A DNA stretch of 64,000 nt from Planctomycetota bacterium (GTDB lineage Bacteria > Planctomycetota > UBA1135 > GCA-002748355), in NCBI GenBank assembly GCA_002748355.1, contig PDSF01000027.1, positions 130,414 to 194,413 of the forward strand, read 5' to 3'. Within the stretch, counting starts at the first letter, position 1. Each line of letters starts with the position of its first letter. The notes under the pieces are model-generated. The model was given only the letters and a program-made list of their open reading frames with translations. It searched no databases and was not told the origin of the DNA. A program made the translations under genes and the position numbers. This document shows positions 8,859 to 17,475 of this stretch, in pieces.

Positions 8859-9377
8859 TCGAAGTCTCCTTCGTCGTTTGCGCGCTCGATCGAGGCCAGG
8901 TGGGAGGAAAAGCAGCCCGGCAGATACTCACATGGCGAGCATCAAACGGCAGCGAGAAACTCGCTCCCCAGACTCGGGCACGAAGAATCGCGGAAAACAC
9001 CGCCCTATCCTTCGTCTTCGCTTGTTCCATTCTGCGGGAGCGGCCCGCCCACCGGCTATCCGGCAGGGTTGGCGTAGGCCGGGCGTACACGGGCCACGAC
9101 AATGAGCATTCTGCTCTGCCAGGCCAGGCGCTCTCGGGCCAAATGATCACTCGCTTACCCACGCAGCACTCCTTCAGGTGAGCGCTCGATATCACAATCA
9201 CCCGAGGCGGGCGCAGTTGCGCGCGCCCGGGCAGGAATTCTCCGTCGGCAGGCCCTGAAGCAGCCCACACTTAGCGGTGGTAGCCCAGGGCTCCTCGCAC
9301 TCCCCTCGAACGCGAGTACCGACATTCCGACGCTACCACAGGCCCCGGAGGCATCGCAACCGATGCGATATAAACGG

Positions 9378-9424
9378 CCGCGGCCGGGCGGTCAGCGCCC
9401 ACTACGCTGACCGCCCGGCCGCGG
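9378..9424 (-). terminator. perfect 20-bp stem hairpin downstream of pilQ (putative intrinsic terminator)
   Basis: ccgcggccgggcggtcagcg / cccacta / cgctgaccgcccggccgcgg. On the minus strand it is followed by TTTATAT. Confidence 0.6.
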
Positions 9425-9451
9425 TTCCGACCGAATGAACTAGAGCCAGGA

Positions 9452-11248
9452 CTACTTTCCGTCCGTGCCGAAAATCCGCTGGTATTCCGTCTGCAGCTGC
9501 TTCTTCCGCTCGGCCAAGAGGCGGCGCAGGCTGTCCTCGGTCTCCTTCGGGGTCTTCACGATTTCGGGGGTCACAAAGACGATCAGGTTCCGGCGCTCTT
9601 TGGTCGTGGCCTTGTTCTTAAACGCCCAGCCGAGAATCGGAATATCGCCGAGCAGCGGAATGCTGGTCACCGTCCGGACATTCGATTCGCTTGTCAGACC
9701 GCCGATGACCGCGGTCTGGCCGCTGATGAGCAACATCTTCGTGGCGATCGTGCTCGAAGAAATACGCGGCAGCGCGATCGTGCCCTTGCCCTGGCCGACG
9801 CCGACCTCGAAGACGTCGAAGCCTGCCGGAGCTAGGTCCGAGGTGCCGGTGCCGGTGAGCGACTCGCTCTCGGGAATCAGCTCCAGCATGACCTTGTCCT
9901 CACCGGGGACGATGTGAGGCACCAGCAGGAGCTGGAAGCCGGTCGCGACCGGGCTGTTGGGAGCCTCCTGCACAACGAGCTGCAGGTCGCCGGTCTGGCC
10001 AACCTGGCTACTCGCCTGGGCGTAGCGCACGGTGTCGCCGACAAAAATCGTCGCCTCCTGATGGTCCAGAGCGATGATCTTGGGCGCCTGGACGATCTCG
10101 CTGCTCTTGTCCTGCTTGAGCAGCTTGAGCGCAGCGGTGACCCCCGTGAAGTTGAGAGCACCAAAGATGGTGTCGGGGACCGTGGTAGCACCGGCATTCA
10201 AAGCCGCGTCGGTGAAGGGGCCTATGCCACTGTCGTTGGCGACGATGCTGTCATCCCAACCTCCGGAGCCCAGGTCGAAAGGCAAACGGCTGGGGATCTG
10301 TCCCATGGACAGCGAGGCCGTCCAGCCCGCATCGCTGACATTGACACCGAAGTCGAGGATATCGATGTTCGAAGTCGTAACGAACTGCACGTCAACGAAG
10401 ACCTGCCGCGGCTCAATATCAATATCTTCGATCAGTCGAGACATCTCATCGATAACAGGCTTGGTGTCCTTGACCAGCACGACGTTCTTCTCGTCGATGT
10501 AATCAAGCTTGCCGTTCTCGCTGAGCATGCGGCGTAGAGCCTCAAGCAGAGAAAAGCTATCCCGAGGATTGCCGCTAGCTTTGTAGACGGCCCCATCGAC
10601 GTACTGCGAGTCGATTTTCGGCACAAAGGTGCTCCGCGGCCGCACGTAGCGCAGCTGGAAGCTCTTCGCAACCAACTGATCAATCAGGGTAGAGGGCGAA
10701 ACCACACGGAGGATATCACGGTCCTCCTGGACCACCGTAAAGCCGAGAGTCTTCACCACTTGGTCGAGAGCATCCCGCCAAGGAACGTTCTTGAGCCGGA
10801 GTGTAATCGATCCCTGCACTTCTGGCGCAACGATGATGTTCGCCCCGGAGATCTTTGCGATAGCATCGATAACCGTGCCGATCTCGGCCTTCTCAAAGGC
10901 AAAAACGACTCGCGGCGGGTTCTCGATCTTGAGGACGTTTCGAGCCTTGGCAACAATCACACAGCCGGCCTTCTCGACCGCCAACTCAAGGGCATCGCGC
11001 CAATTCACATCGCGGAGTTTGAGGGTAACGCGAGCTTCGATGTCGTCATCGATGACTAGGTTGACCCCCGATTTTTCACGGAGGAATTCCACGACGTCCT
11101 TCAGCGAACGATCACGCAGGTCAAGATCCTTGATTATGGCCTGGCGGTTGCCCGGATCGCGTCCGGGATTCTTCTGCGTCTGAGCAAAGGCCATCGGCGC
11201 GATGGCCAGAAAGGCGACGAAGAGGCTCGCAACGTTGCTTAGCTTCAT
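9452..11248 (-). CDS. pilQ: type IV pilus / type II secretion family secretin
   Basis: Signal peptide MKLSNVASLFVAFLAIAPMAFAQ, repeated secretin N-domains, and a C-terminal IPLLGDIPILGWAFKNK...RNLIVFVTPEIV secretin signature. Confidence 0.85.
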   Translation of the reverse strand: MKLSNVASLFVAFLAIAPMAFAQTQKNPGRDPGNRQAIIKDLDLRDRSLKDVVEFLREKSGVNLVIDDDIEARVTLKLRDVNWRDALELAVEKAGCVIVAKARNVLKIENPPRVVFAFEKAEIGTVIDAIAKISGANIIVAPEVQGSITLRLKNVPWRDALDQVVKTLGFTVVQEDRDILRVVSPSTLIDQLVAKSFQLRYVRPRSTFVPKIDSQYVDGAVYKASGNPRDSFSLLEALRRMLSENGKLDYIDEKNVVLVKDTKPVIDEMSRLIEDIDIEPRQVFVDVQFVTTSNIDILDFGVNVSDAGWTASLSMGQIPSRLPFDLGSGGWDDSIVANDSGIGPFTDAALNAGATTVPDTIFGALNFTGVTAALKLLKQDKSSEIVQAPKIIALDHQEATIFVGDTVRYAQASSQVGQTGDLQLVVQEAPNSPVATGFQLLLVPHIVPGEDKVMLELIPESESLTGTGTSDLAPAGFDVFEVGVGQGKGTIALPRISSSTIATKMLLISGQTAVIGGLTSESNVRTVTSIPLLGDIPILGWAFKNKATTKERRNLIVFVTPEIVKTPKETEDSLRRLLAERKKQLQTEYQRIFGTDGK

Positions 11249-11595
11249 CGGAGGTAACTCCTACAAGGAGTGCTGTGGGGATTCGATCGGGGCCAGAGGT
11301 GCAACGGATTCATCCGCCCAGGGCACCATTCCGGTGTTTCCTTTTCGGTCACAGTCGCGGCGGACTTAACGATTCGCGCGACGTCAACGTAAAGACACTC
11401 CGGACGGCTAGCTGGAATGCGGCATCCCACGAATCCCGGAAAAGAGACTTTTATCGGGTTTCGTAAGCAAACCGCCTAGTAGCCCTAGGGGACAGAGCAG
11501 AGCAGGGCACAAGGCTGCGCAGCCCCTCCCTCCGTACACGCAATCGGGGCGCCCTAAGGCGCCCCGTCACGTTCTCGCACGGCTTTTCTCGCTGC

Positions 11596-13011
11596 TCAGC
11601 GTCGCTGGGCGATGACCACACCCTTGTAGAGGAACTCGATCATTTCGGGACCGATCGACTTCAAGAACAGTTGATCCCCGACAGCATCCCCTTCCTGGTA
11701 GGTCTTGCCGTTGATGATCGCGGCCGAAACCCCCGATTCTTGCAAGATCACCCCAGAGACATTGATCCGGATCCCGGTGAACTCAAGCGCCGTCATCGTC
11801 TTCTTATGGAGGTCCTTAAGGATCCTCGCGATCTCGTAGCGCTTGTCGTTCGGTTTGAACTCGTCCAGCTTGCCAATGTAGACCTGGAACCTGGACTTCG
11901 CGTCCTGGAGCCGGCCATCAATGAGATAGCGCTCCATTTCCTGTTGGAGGGTTACAAGCTCCGAGTAAGGAATACCAGGAGTTGGGCTTTCCCTCTTGTC
12001 ATTGTTCAAGTTGCTTTCGAGTGCTGCGAAGGGCTCGAGCACCTGGCGCGAATAGGTCGTTTTGTACGGAGGATAGCTGATTCGCTGCGTTTCTTCGTTT
12101 CGATCGATCCGCAGCTTCACATCGGCCATACCGCGCTTGACCTTCTCCAACATCTCGATGCGAACCAGGATAATCGGAGTCGCCATCGCCTCGTTGTATT
12201 GGTCGGTCAAAGCGGCGACCTTGCGCGAAAGATCCTCGACGATCTTCTTCTGCTCGACTTTTGGAACCTGCGGCAGCGTAGATTCCTGGCTCTCGATCCG
12301 GGCAATCCGAGGATCCACGAAAATGTCGCGGCGGGCGCGATCGCCCTTGAAGGCATAGGTGTCGAGACGTATTTCCGCACGGGCTTTGAAGATTTCGTCA
12401 CGTAGACGATCCCGTTTGCGATTGTAGTTTGGGATCTCTACGGGCACTCCCCCGGATCCGGGGTTGTAGACGAAGCTCTGCACGGTCATCTGCACATCGT
12501 GCTGGACATTCGCGCTATCACTGTCGTTCCGGGATTTTCCTGCGGTAATCGCAAAATCGCTGATCCGGACGAAGCGCTTGAAAACCTCAAAGGAGTTCAT
12601 GAAGCGCAGGACTTGCCACAAATCGCCGCGTAAAGCGATCTTGTAACGGAAGTCGCGGAACGCCGCTGAGCTTTGCGACTTGACGTTGGTCAAGGAACGG
12701 ATCTGCACCCCAGAACTGGTCGCAAAATCCTGGATCTTGCGGGCAAAATTCGTCAGGGCCTCTTCCTCAGGAAGAATCTTGACGTATTCACCGACATTTT
12801 GCCGGAGGATGATGACGGAGGTTTCGTCCTTCGAAATGCGAGACTTTTTCTGCTCCGCGACTCGGATCTTGCTCTGGATCTGCGTGATCTGAGCATTCTC
12901 CTCCTCCATCATCCCGCAGACATAGTAGACCCCACCAAAGCTCGCCCCTGCGAAGAGGGCTCCGCCCGCGGCGATCGCGAGAATGAGTTGTTTCTCGGAT
13001 AGTTGCGGCAT
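11596..13011 (-). CDS. PilO-like protein with a long C-terminal extension ending in a PilP/GspC-HR-like module
   Basis: 471 aa. The N-terminal TM, coiled coil and ferredoxin-like part is PilO-like. The middle has RDIFVDP (compare the PilP RDPF motif). The C-terminus is VSGVILQESGVSAAIINGKTYQEGDAVGDQLFLKSIGPEMIEFLYKG. It sits where pilO and pilP would be. Confidence 0.6.
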   Translation of the reverse strand: MPQLSEKQLILAIAAGGALFAGASFGGVYYVCGMMEEENAQITQIQSKIRVAEQKKSRISKDETSVIILRQNVGEYVKILPEEEALTNFARKIQDFATSSGVQIRSLTNVKSQSSAAFRDFRYKIALRGDLWQVLRFMNSFEVFKRFVRISDFAITAGKSRNDSDSANVQHDVQMTVQSFVYNPGSGGVPVEIPNYNRKRDRLRDEIFKARAEIRLDTYAFKGDRARRDIFVDPRIARIESQESTLPQVPKVEQKKIVEDLSRKVAALTDQYNEAMATPIILVRIEMLEKVKRGMADVKLRIDRNEETQRISYPPYKTTYSRQVLEPFAALESNLNNDKRESPTPGIPYSELVTLQQEMERYLIDGRLQDAKSRFQVYIGKLDEFKPNDKRYEIARILKDLHKKTMTALEFTGIRINVSGVILQESGVSAAIINGKTYQEGDAVGDQLFLKSIGPEMIEFLYKGVVIAQRR

Positions 13012-13019
13012 TGTTCCCC

Positions 13020-13661
13020 CTACTTCTTCTTAGGCTGATTGGCGACCCAGTACTTGGGATTTTTCATCTGCAGGTCCAGCCTGAAGGAAATCGCCTCAGC
13101 TGGTTCACGCTTCTCGTTCTCGATGACGGCACCGCCGGGGGCGGTGATTCTGTCGAAATCGGCAAAGAAGAGTTCGTCGTTCTGCAAGTCGTCGAGGAAA
13201 TCCGCCTGCTTCTTCCAGCTCGCGGTTTCGCTAAAGGCGCTGAGCGTCACCTGCGGCCCGGCAGCTCCACGGGTATCGCCAGCCTTTAGACTGTCGAACC
13301 AGCACATGTGCCGTTCGGTGCTTCCCTCGTTGTTGACGATGTCGATAAAGCGATCGATCAATCGAGTCCAAAGCACTCGCGAATTCGCGATCTGCTGGAT
13401 GGTCTTCGAGCGCTTCTCGTATTCTTTGATCTCGGCAAGGAGACGATCGTCGTATTTCGCAAGCCCTTCGATGTTCCGCAGCTTCTCCTGCTGCGATTCC
13501 CGCTCACTGACGATGGTCCTGTATTCTTGGAAGTAGACGTGTCCGAGATAACCGACCGAGCAACAGGCCACGACAACAGCCGCGAGGACCGTCGCGAAGA
13601 CTTTGATCGAGGTGCGTTCGCGCCGGCGGAATTCTTCAGGAAGTAGGTTGATCTGGATCAT
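13020..13661 (-). CDS. pilN: type IV pilus assembly protein PilN
   Basis: MIQINLLPEEFRRRERTS followed by a TM helix, located between pilM and the pilO-like gene. Confidence 0.75.
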   Translation of the reverse strand: MIQINLLPEEFRRRERTSIKVFATVLAAVVVACCSVGYLGHVYFQEYRTIVSERESQQEKLRNIEGLAKYDDRLLAEIKEYEKRSKTIQQIANSRVLWTRLIDRFIDIVNNEGSTERHMCWFDSLKAGDTRGAAGPQVTLSAFSETASWKKQADFLDDLQNDELFFADFDRITAPGGAVIENEKREPAEAISFRLDLQMKNPKYWVANQPKKK

Positions 13662-13670
13662 GGTGTTCTC

Positions 13671-14696
13671 CTAGATCGCGCGGGCCGCGAGCCCAACACT
13701 GACCGCAAGCTGCAACGCCGACTCATTCAGGGTGTCGATGTCCACGTTGTCGGATTTGATCTTGAGACCCTCGATCGGATTCCAAACCCGGGTCCGCTTC
13801 TCAAAGAGGCTCTCGAAGTCCTCCTCTAGCTGCGGCAAGAAGGCCCCACCACCGGAGAGCAGCACGTTCGCCACTTGACCGTCGTACTGGTTCTCGAAGA
13901 AATCGAAGGAGAGGCTGACCTCGTTGCCCAAGTCTTCGACCACCGAGCTAATGGCCTCTTTGACCTCGTCCTGCCGATCACCGATATCGCGTTTGAGCGC
14001 TTCGGCTTCATAGAGATCCAGGCCGATACGCCGAGTAATCGCCTCGGTAAAATCATTTCCACCCAGATAAACCTCACGGGCGAACAAGCTCACGTTGTTA
14101 CGCAAGATGTTGATGCAGGTCTTGTTCGCCCCGATGTCGATCAGGCCAACGATCTTGTCCTCGTCCAGGCCAGGACTCAGGCTCTCGTTGAGCTCATAGG
14201 CGTTGCCGATCGCGAAGGCATCGACGTCGATCGCCGCCGGGCTCATGCCGAGTTCGGTCAGCATGTGAGCTTGGTCCTGCACCAAGCTCTTCTTGACCGC
14301 AACCAGGAGCACCTTCATCTCGGGAGAAGAAGAACCTTCTCCTTCGATATCCATGAGCTTCTGGAAATCGACCTGCACTTCCTCAAGGTCGAAAGGAATG
14401 TATTTGTCGGCCTCGAAGCGGATCGCGTCTATCAGGTTGTCATCGCTCATCTGCACCATATTGATGTAGCGCACGATGACGGACTTACCGCTGACCGAGG
14501 TCACGACCTTCTTGGATTTGAAGCGACACTGCTCAAAGAGCTCGCGGATCGCATCCGCTCGCGCAGCTTCGTTCTGAATCTCCACCTGGCCGTAACCGGT
14601 GATGATGTAGTCGTACTTGTCGCGGGTGATCTCAAGAGCCTTGATACAAGAACTCCCGATGTCGAGCCCAACGGCACTTTTTCGCCCCTTGAGCAT
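13671..14696 (-). CDS. pilM: type IV pilus assembly ATPase-fold protein PilM
   Basis: VGLDIGSSCIKALEI..., IDIGANKTCINIL and LLSGGGAFLP give an actin-like fold typical of PilM. Confidence 0.85.
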   Translation of the reverse strand: MLKGRKSAVGLDIGSSCIKALEITRDKYDYIITGYGQVEIQNEAARADAIRELFEQCRFKSKKVVTSVSGKSVIVRYINMVQMSDDNLIDAIRFEADKYIPFDLEEVQVDFQKLMDIEGEGSSSPEMKVLLVAVKKSLVQDQAHMLTELGMSPAAIDVDAFAIGNAYELNESLSPGLDEDKIVGLIDIGANKTCINILRNNVSLFAREVYLGGNDFTEAITRRIGLDLYEAEALKRDIGDRQDEVKEAISSVVEDLGNEVSLSFDFFENQYDGQVANVLLSGGGAFLPQLEEDFESLFEKRTRVWNPIEGLKIKSDNVDIDTLNESALQLAVSVGLAARAI

Positions 14697-14973
14697 GCTC
14701 GTTCCCGGGTCTGAGGACGCATTTCCTGGGAGCCCGGATGTGGGCTCCTGGCCGCCTCATCGGCTGAGCCTTTGGCGAATCTTGAGCCCAGCTAGCAGGC
14801 TGTTGAAAAAGGACCGCCAGTGGCAGCGAGCAAAAAGCCGGCGTCCCCTCAGCTTCTGAAAACGCAGCAGACGTACGAACGCGTCGAGGGCTTAGCTCGC
14901 CCATGATGCCGCGAAAACAGCGCCCTGCTGGCGCAGACGTACGCCACAGAGCTTACGACGAGGAGTGCCCCCG

Positions 14974-15300
14974 CTATTTTTCGCCAAAGCCGCTCTCGAA
15001 GAGCTCGACCATCGCTGCCACCGCCTCCCTGGCCTGAGGCCCCTCGGCACGAATGCCGAGGCGTACACCCTGCTCGGCAGCCAGCATCATCAGCGACATG
15101 ATCGACTTGGCGTCGACTTCGAAATCGCCCTTCGCAACCCAAAGGCGACAGGGGAACTCGTTGGCAAGCTGGACGATGCGGTGCGCAGGCCGCGCGTGCA
15201 GCCCTTGGCTATTCACGACCTCGATTTCGGCCTGGTGGCGTTCACCCACCGCCTCGAGTCCCGCCTCTCCCTCTTCTGCCGCATCCTCTTCCGCTACCAC
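14974..15300 (-). CDS. ptsH: HPr-family phosphocarrier protein (NPr-like)
   Basis: EIEVVNSQGLHARPAHRIV (His15 region) and AKSIMSLMMLA (Ser46 region). The start is uncertain: GTG at 15300, or GTG at 15249 for a more typical length. Confidence 0.8.
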   Translation of the reverse strand: MVAEEDAAEEGEAGLEAVGERHQAEIEVVNSQGLHARPAHRIVQLANEFPCRLWVAKGDFEVDAKSIMSLMMLAAEQGVRLGIRAEGPQAREAVAAMVELFESGFGEK

Positions 15301-15338
15301 TTCACAGCTCCTGGCCCACAGGCCTCGTGAGTCCGGGC

Positions 15339-15818
15339 TCAGCTACTAGAGGAAGACTCGCTCATCTCGTCGAGGAGATCGAGCAGCTCCGTCGTGTCCT
15401 TGCAAGCAATGGCAAAGCGCCGGAAATCCGCGTTACGCGAGATCGTCGCCACCCAGCGCATGAAGTTGAGGTGCGCCTCAGGGGCATCTTCGGGGCCAAC
15501 GACGAAAAAGAATAGATTGACCGGTGCCCCGTCCGGAGCTCCGAAGTCAATCCCCTGCAGGGACCGGGCAAAAACCACATTGGTCGACTCGACCCCAGCA
15601 ACCTTGACGTGAGGAACGGCGACTCCGTGGCCGATGGCACCGGTGGCACCTTGTTCCGCCTTACGGCGCAGCATGCTACGAACGGTCTTGCGGATGTCGT
15701 CCCCAAAACCATGCTCTTCGGCGCAGACAGCAAGCAGCTCATCAAAAGCGGCCTCGATCGACGTCGCCTCAAGGGCGGGGAGCACGGTCTGCTTCGTGAA
15801 CATAGGACGCGTGGTCAT
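15339..15818 (-). CDS. ptsN: PTS IIA-Ntr-type regulatory protein
   Basis: GIGHGVAVPHVKV active-site region in a PTS_EIIA_2-like layout. I prefer the ATG at 15818; the track uses TTG at 15830. Confidence 0.8.
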   Translation of the reverse strand: MTTRPMFTKQTVLPALEATSIEAAFDELLAVCAEEHGFGDDIRKTVRSMLRRKAEQGATGAIGHGVAVPHVKVAGVESTNVVFARSLQGIDFGAPDGAPVNLFFFVVGPEDAPEAHLNFMRWVATISRNADFRRFAIACKDTTELLDLLDEMSESSSSS

Positions 15819-16073
15819 GATCTCCAACAACTCCTAAAGGACCGACCATCGCGGTCCGGTGAGCCGGAATCCAAGAAAGGGCGAAGCAGCTTAGCAATAC
15901 TCCCCCCCCAAGGTCGAGAGCTAGCTGCATATGCTCCTTCGGCCGATGTGCGGGGATCCCCCACGGGATTGAGGCCAGGGCATCTAAAGTCAGCTGACCA
16001 TGGGTATCGGCCCGACAAGTAGCCGGGCCAGGACTCAGCTGCTGCTTGGCGCCGAAAAACGCCAGCGAATCCA

Positions 16074-16126
16074 GCGTTAGAGCGAAACAGCGAGGCTTTC
16101 ACCGCCTCGCTGCTTCGCTCTAACGC
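16074..16126 (-). terminator. 23-bp stem hairpin immediately downstream of hpf
   Basis: gcgttagagcgaaacagcgaggc / tttcacc / gcctcgctgcttcgctctaacgc has one G-U position. On the minus strand a GCGTTTTTC tract follows about 15 nt after it. Confidence 0.5.
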
Positions 16127-16133
16127 CTGAGTC

Positions 16134-16529
16134 TTAGCTATCGAGGTCGTCGCGTACGACGTCCTCATAGCTGGGCTCGTCGTCGCCCCCGAGTCTTTGA
16201 TCGGGTGCCTCGTCCTTGCCGGCGCGTGCCTTACGGTTACGGCCGATAAGTCGCTCCTTCTCCTTGCGGACTTGACGCACAAGGTTGTCCGAAACCTCGT
16301 CGATCGCCGCCCGAAGTTCGCTATGGCGCGATTCAGCGACGATGGTCTGCCCCGTGTCCAAGTGAGCGACCACATGCACGTTGTGATCGTCCTTATCTTG
16401 TGAGTCGAGCGTGATCTGAACCTTTCCCACTCGGTCGAAGAACTTGCCGATGCGCGAAACCTTCTCGCGCGCGACGTCCTTCATGCGGTCGGAAACGTGT
16501 CCAGCGCGCACCGTGACTGCGATATCCAA
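16134..16529 (-). CDS. hpf: ribosome hibernation promoting factor (HPF/RaiA family)
   Basis: LDIAVTVRAGHVSDRMKDVAREKVSRIGKFFDRV...VHVVAHL.... A TTG at 16529 is preceded by GAGAGGAG with 6-nt spacing. The track ORF starts further upstream at 16616. Confidence 0.85.
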   Translation of the reverse strand: MDIAVTVRAGHVSDRMKDVAREKVSRIGKFFDRVGKVQITLDSQDKDDHNVHVVAHLDTGQTIVAESRHSELRAAIDEVSDNLVRQVRKEKERLIGRNRKARAGKDEAPDQRLGGDDEPSYEDVVRDDLDS

Positions 16530-16649
16530 AGTCGGACTCCTCTCGTCAGGGTTGCTCGCGAAAGGCCTTGCAGCCCTCCGCGATGTGAACGGCCACTTGG
16601 CCGTGAATGCGATCATACCGGGGGTTCAGCATCTGCAACATGACTAGCA

Positions 16650-17462
16650 CTACGCCCCCTTCTCAGATCCAAGCCCAGAGGGTCGGCGCCCGTGCGGCTG
16701 CGGCCGCACCTGGAACTCTCTGGGATAGAGCGCCCGCAGCAAAGCCAACCCATGCGCCGGGAGGGTCGGCCCAGCACGCCGCCGGTCGCGCGAACTCAGA
16801 ATCTCCCCCACCTGCTCGGGGGCAAGCTTGCCCTTGCCCACCTCCAGCAGGGTCCCCGCAAGGATGCGCACCATGTTGTAAAGGAAGCCATCTCCCTGCA
16901 CCCAGATGGCGAAACCGGCACGATCGGGAAGCAGATGCAGGGCCTGTAAGGTTCGGATGGTCGGACGCTTGCGCGGCACGCCGGGATTGCTGGAGAAGGC
17001 AAGGAAGTCGTGGGTGCCCAGGAGTTGCCCAGCCGCTGCTCGCATCGCTGCCATATCGACGGCGCGGCCATGCGAGTGCACGTAGCGACGCAGCAGGGGA
17101 TGCAGGACCCGGGCGGTGCTGATGCGGTAGACGTAGCGCTTGCCTCGCGCAGAAAAGCGCGCGTGGAACTCGGGTGGCATGACCGTCGCCGACAACACCC
17201 GAATGTCCTCCGGCAGAACGCTGTTGAGAGCCAGGTGCAAGCGCTCGCTCGCCGGCCCGCGGTCCAAACGTAGGTGGGCCGTCTGCGCGAAAGCGTGCAC
17301 CCCGCTGTCGGTGCGCCCCGAGCCATGCACTGTCGTTCGGGTCTGGCAGATCAACTCGACGGCACGCTCGATCTCTTCCTGGACCGTCGCTGCCCCAGCC
17401 TGTCGCTGCCACCCAGCGTAGTCCCCACCGTCGTAGGCGATCTCGAGGCGAAGGTTCTGCAC
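16650..17462 (-). CDS. truA: tRNA pseudouridine(38-40) synthase
   Basis: LRLEIAYDGGDYAGWQRQ and GSGRTDSGVHA. I chose the GTG at 17462, 13 nt after the rpoN stop. The track start at 17549 would overlap rpoN. Confidence 0.8.
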   Translation of the reverse strand: MQNLRLEIAYDGGDYAGWQRQAGAATVQEEIERAVELICQTRTTVHGSGRTDSGVHAFAQTAHLRLDRGPASERLHLALNSVLPEDIRVLSATVMPPEFHARFSARGKRYVYRISTARVLHPLLRRYVHSHGRAVDMAAMRAAAGQLLGTHDFLAFSSNPGVPRKRPTIRTLQALHLLPDRAGFAIWVQGDGFLYNMVRILAGTLLEVGKGKLAPEQVGEILSSRDRRRAGPTLPAHGLALLRALYPREFQVRPQPHGRRPSGLGSEKGA

Positions 17463-17475
17463 GCGAAGACTGTAT

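Noticed and set aside
11245-11430. 61-aa minus-strand ORF in the pilO-pilQ gap as a candidate pilP
   Set aside because: It overlaps the pilQ start. It has no lipobox or signal peptide, has an implausible composition, and is far shorter than PilP.
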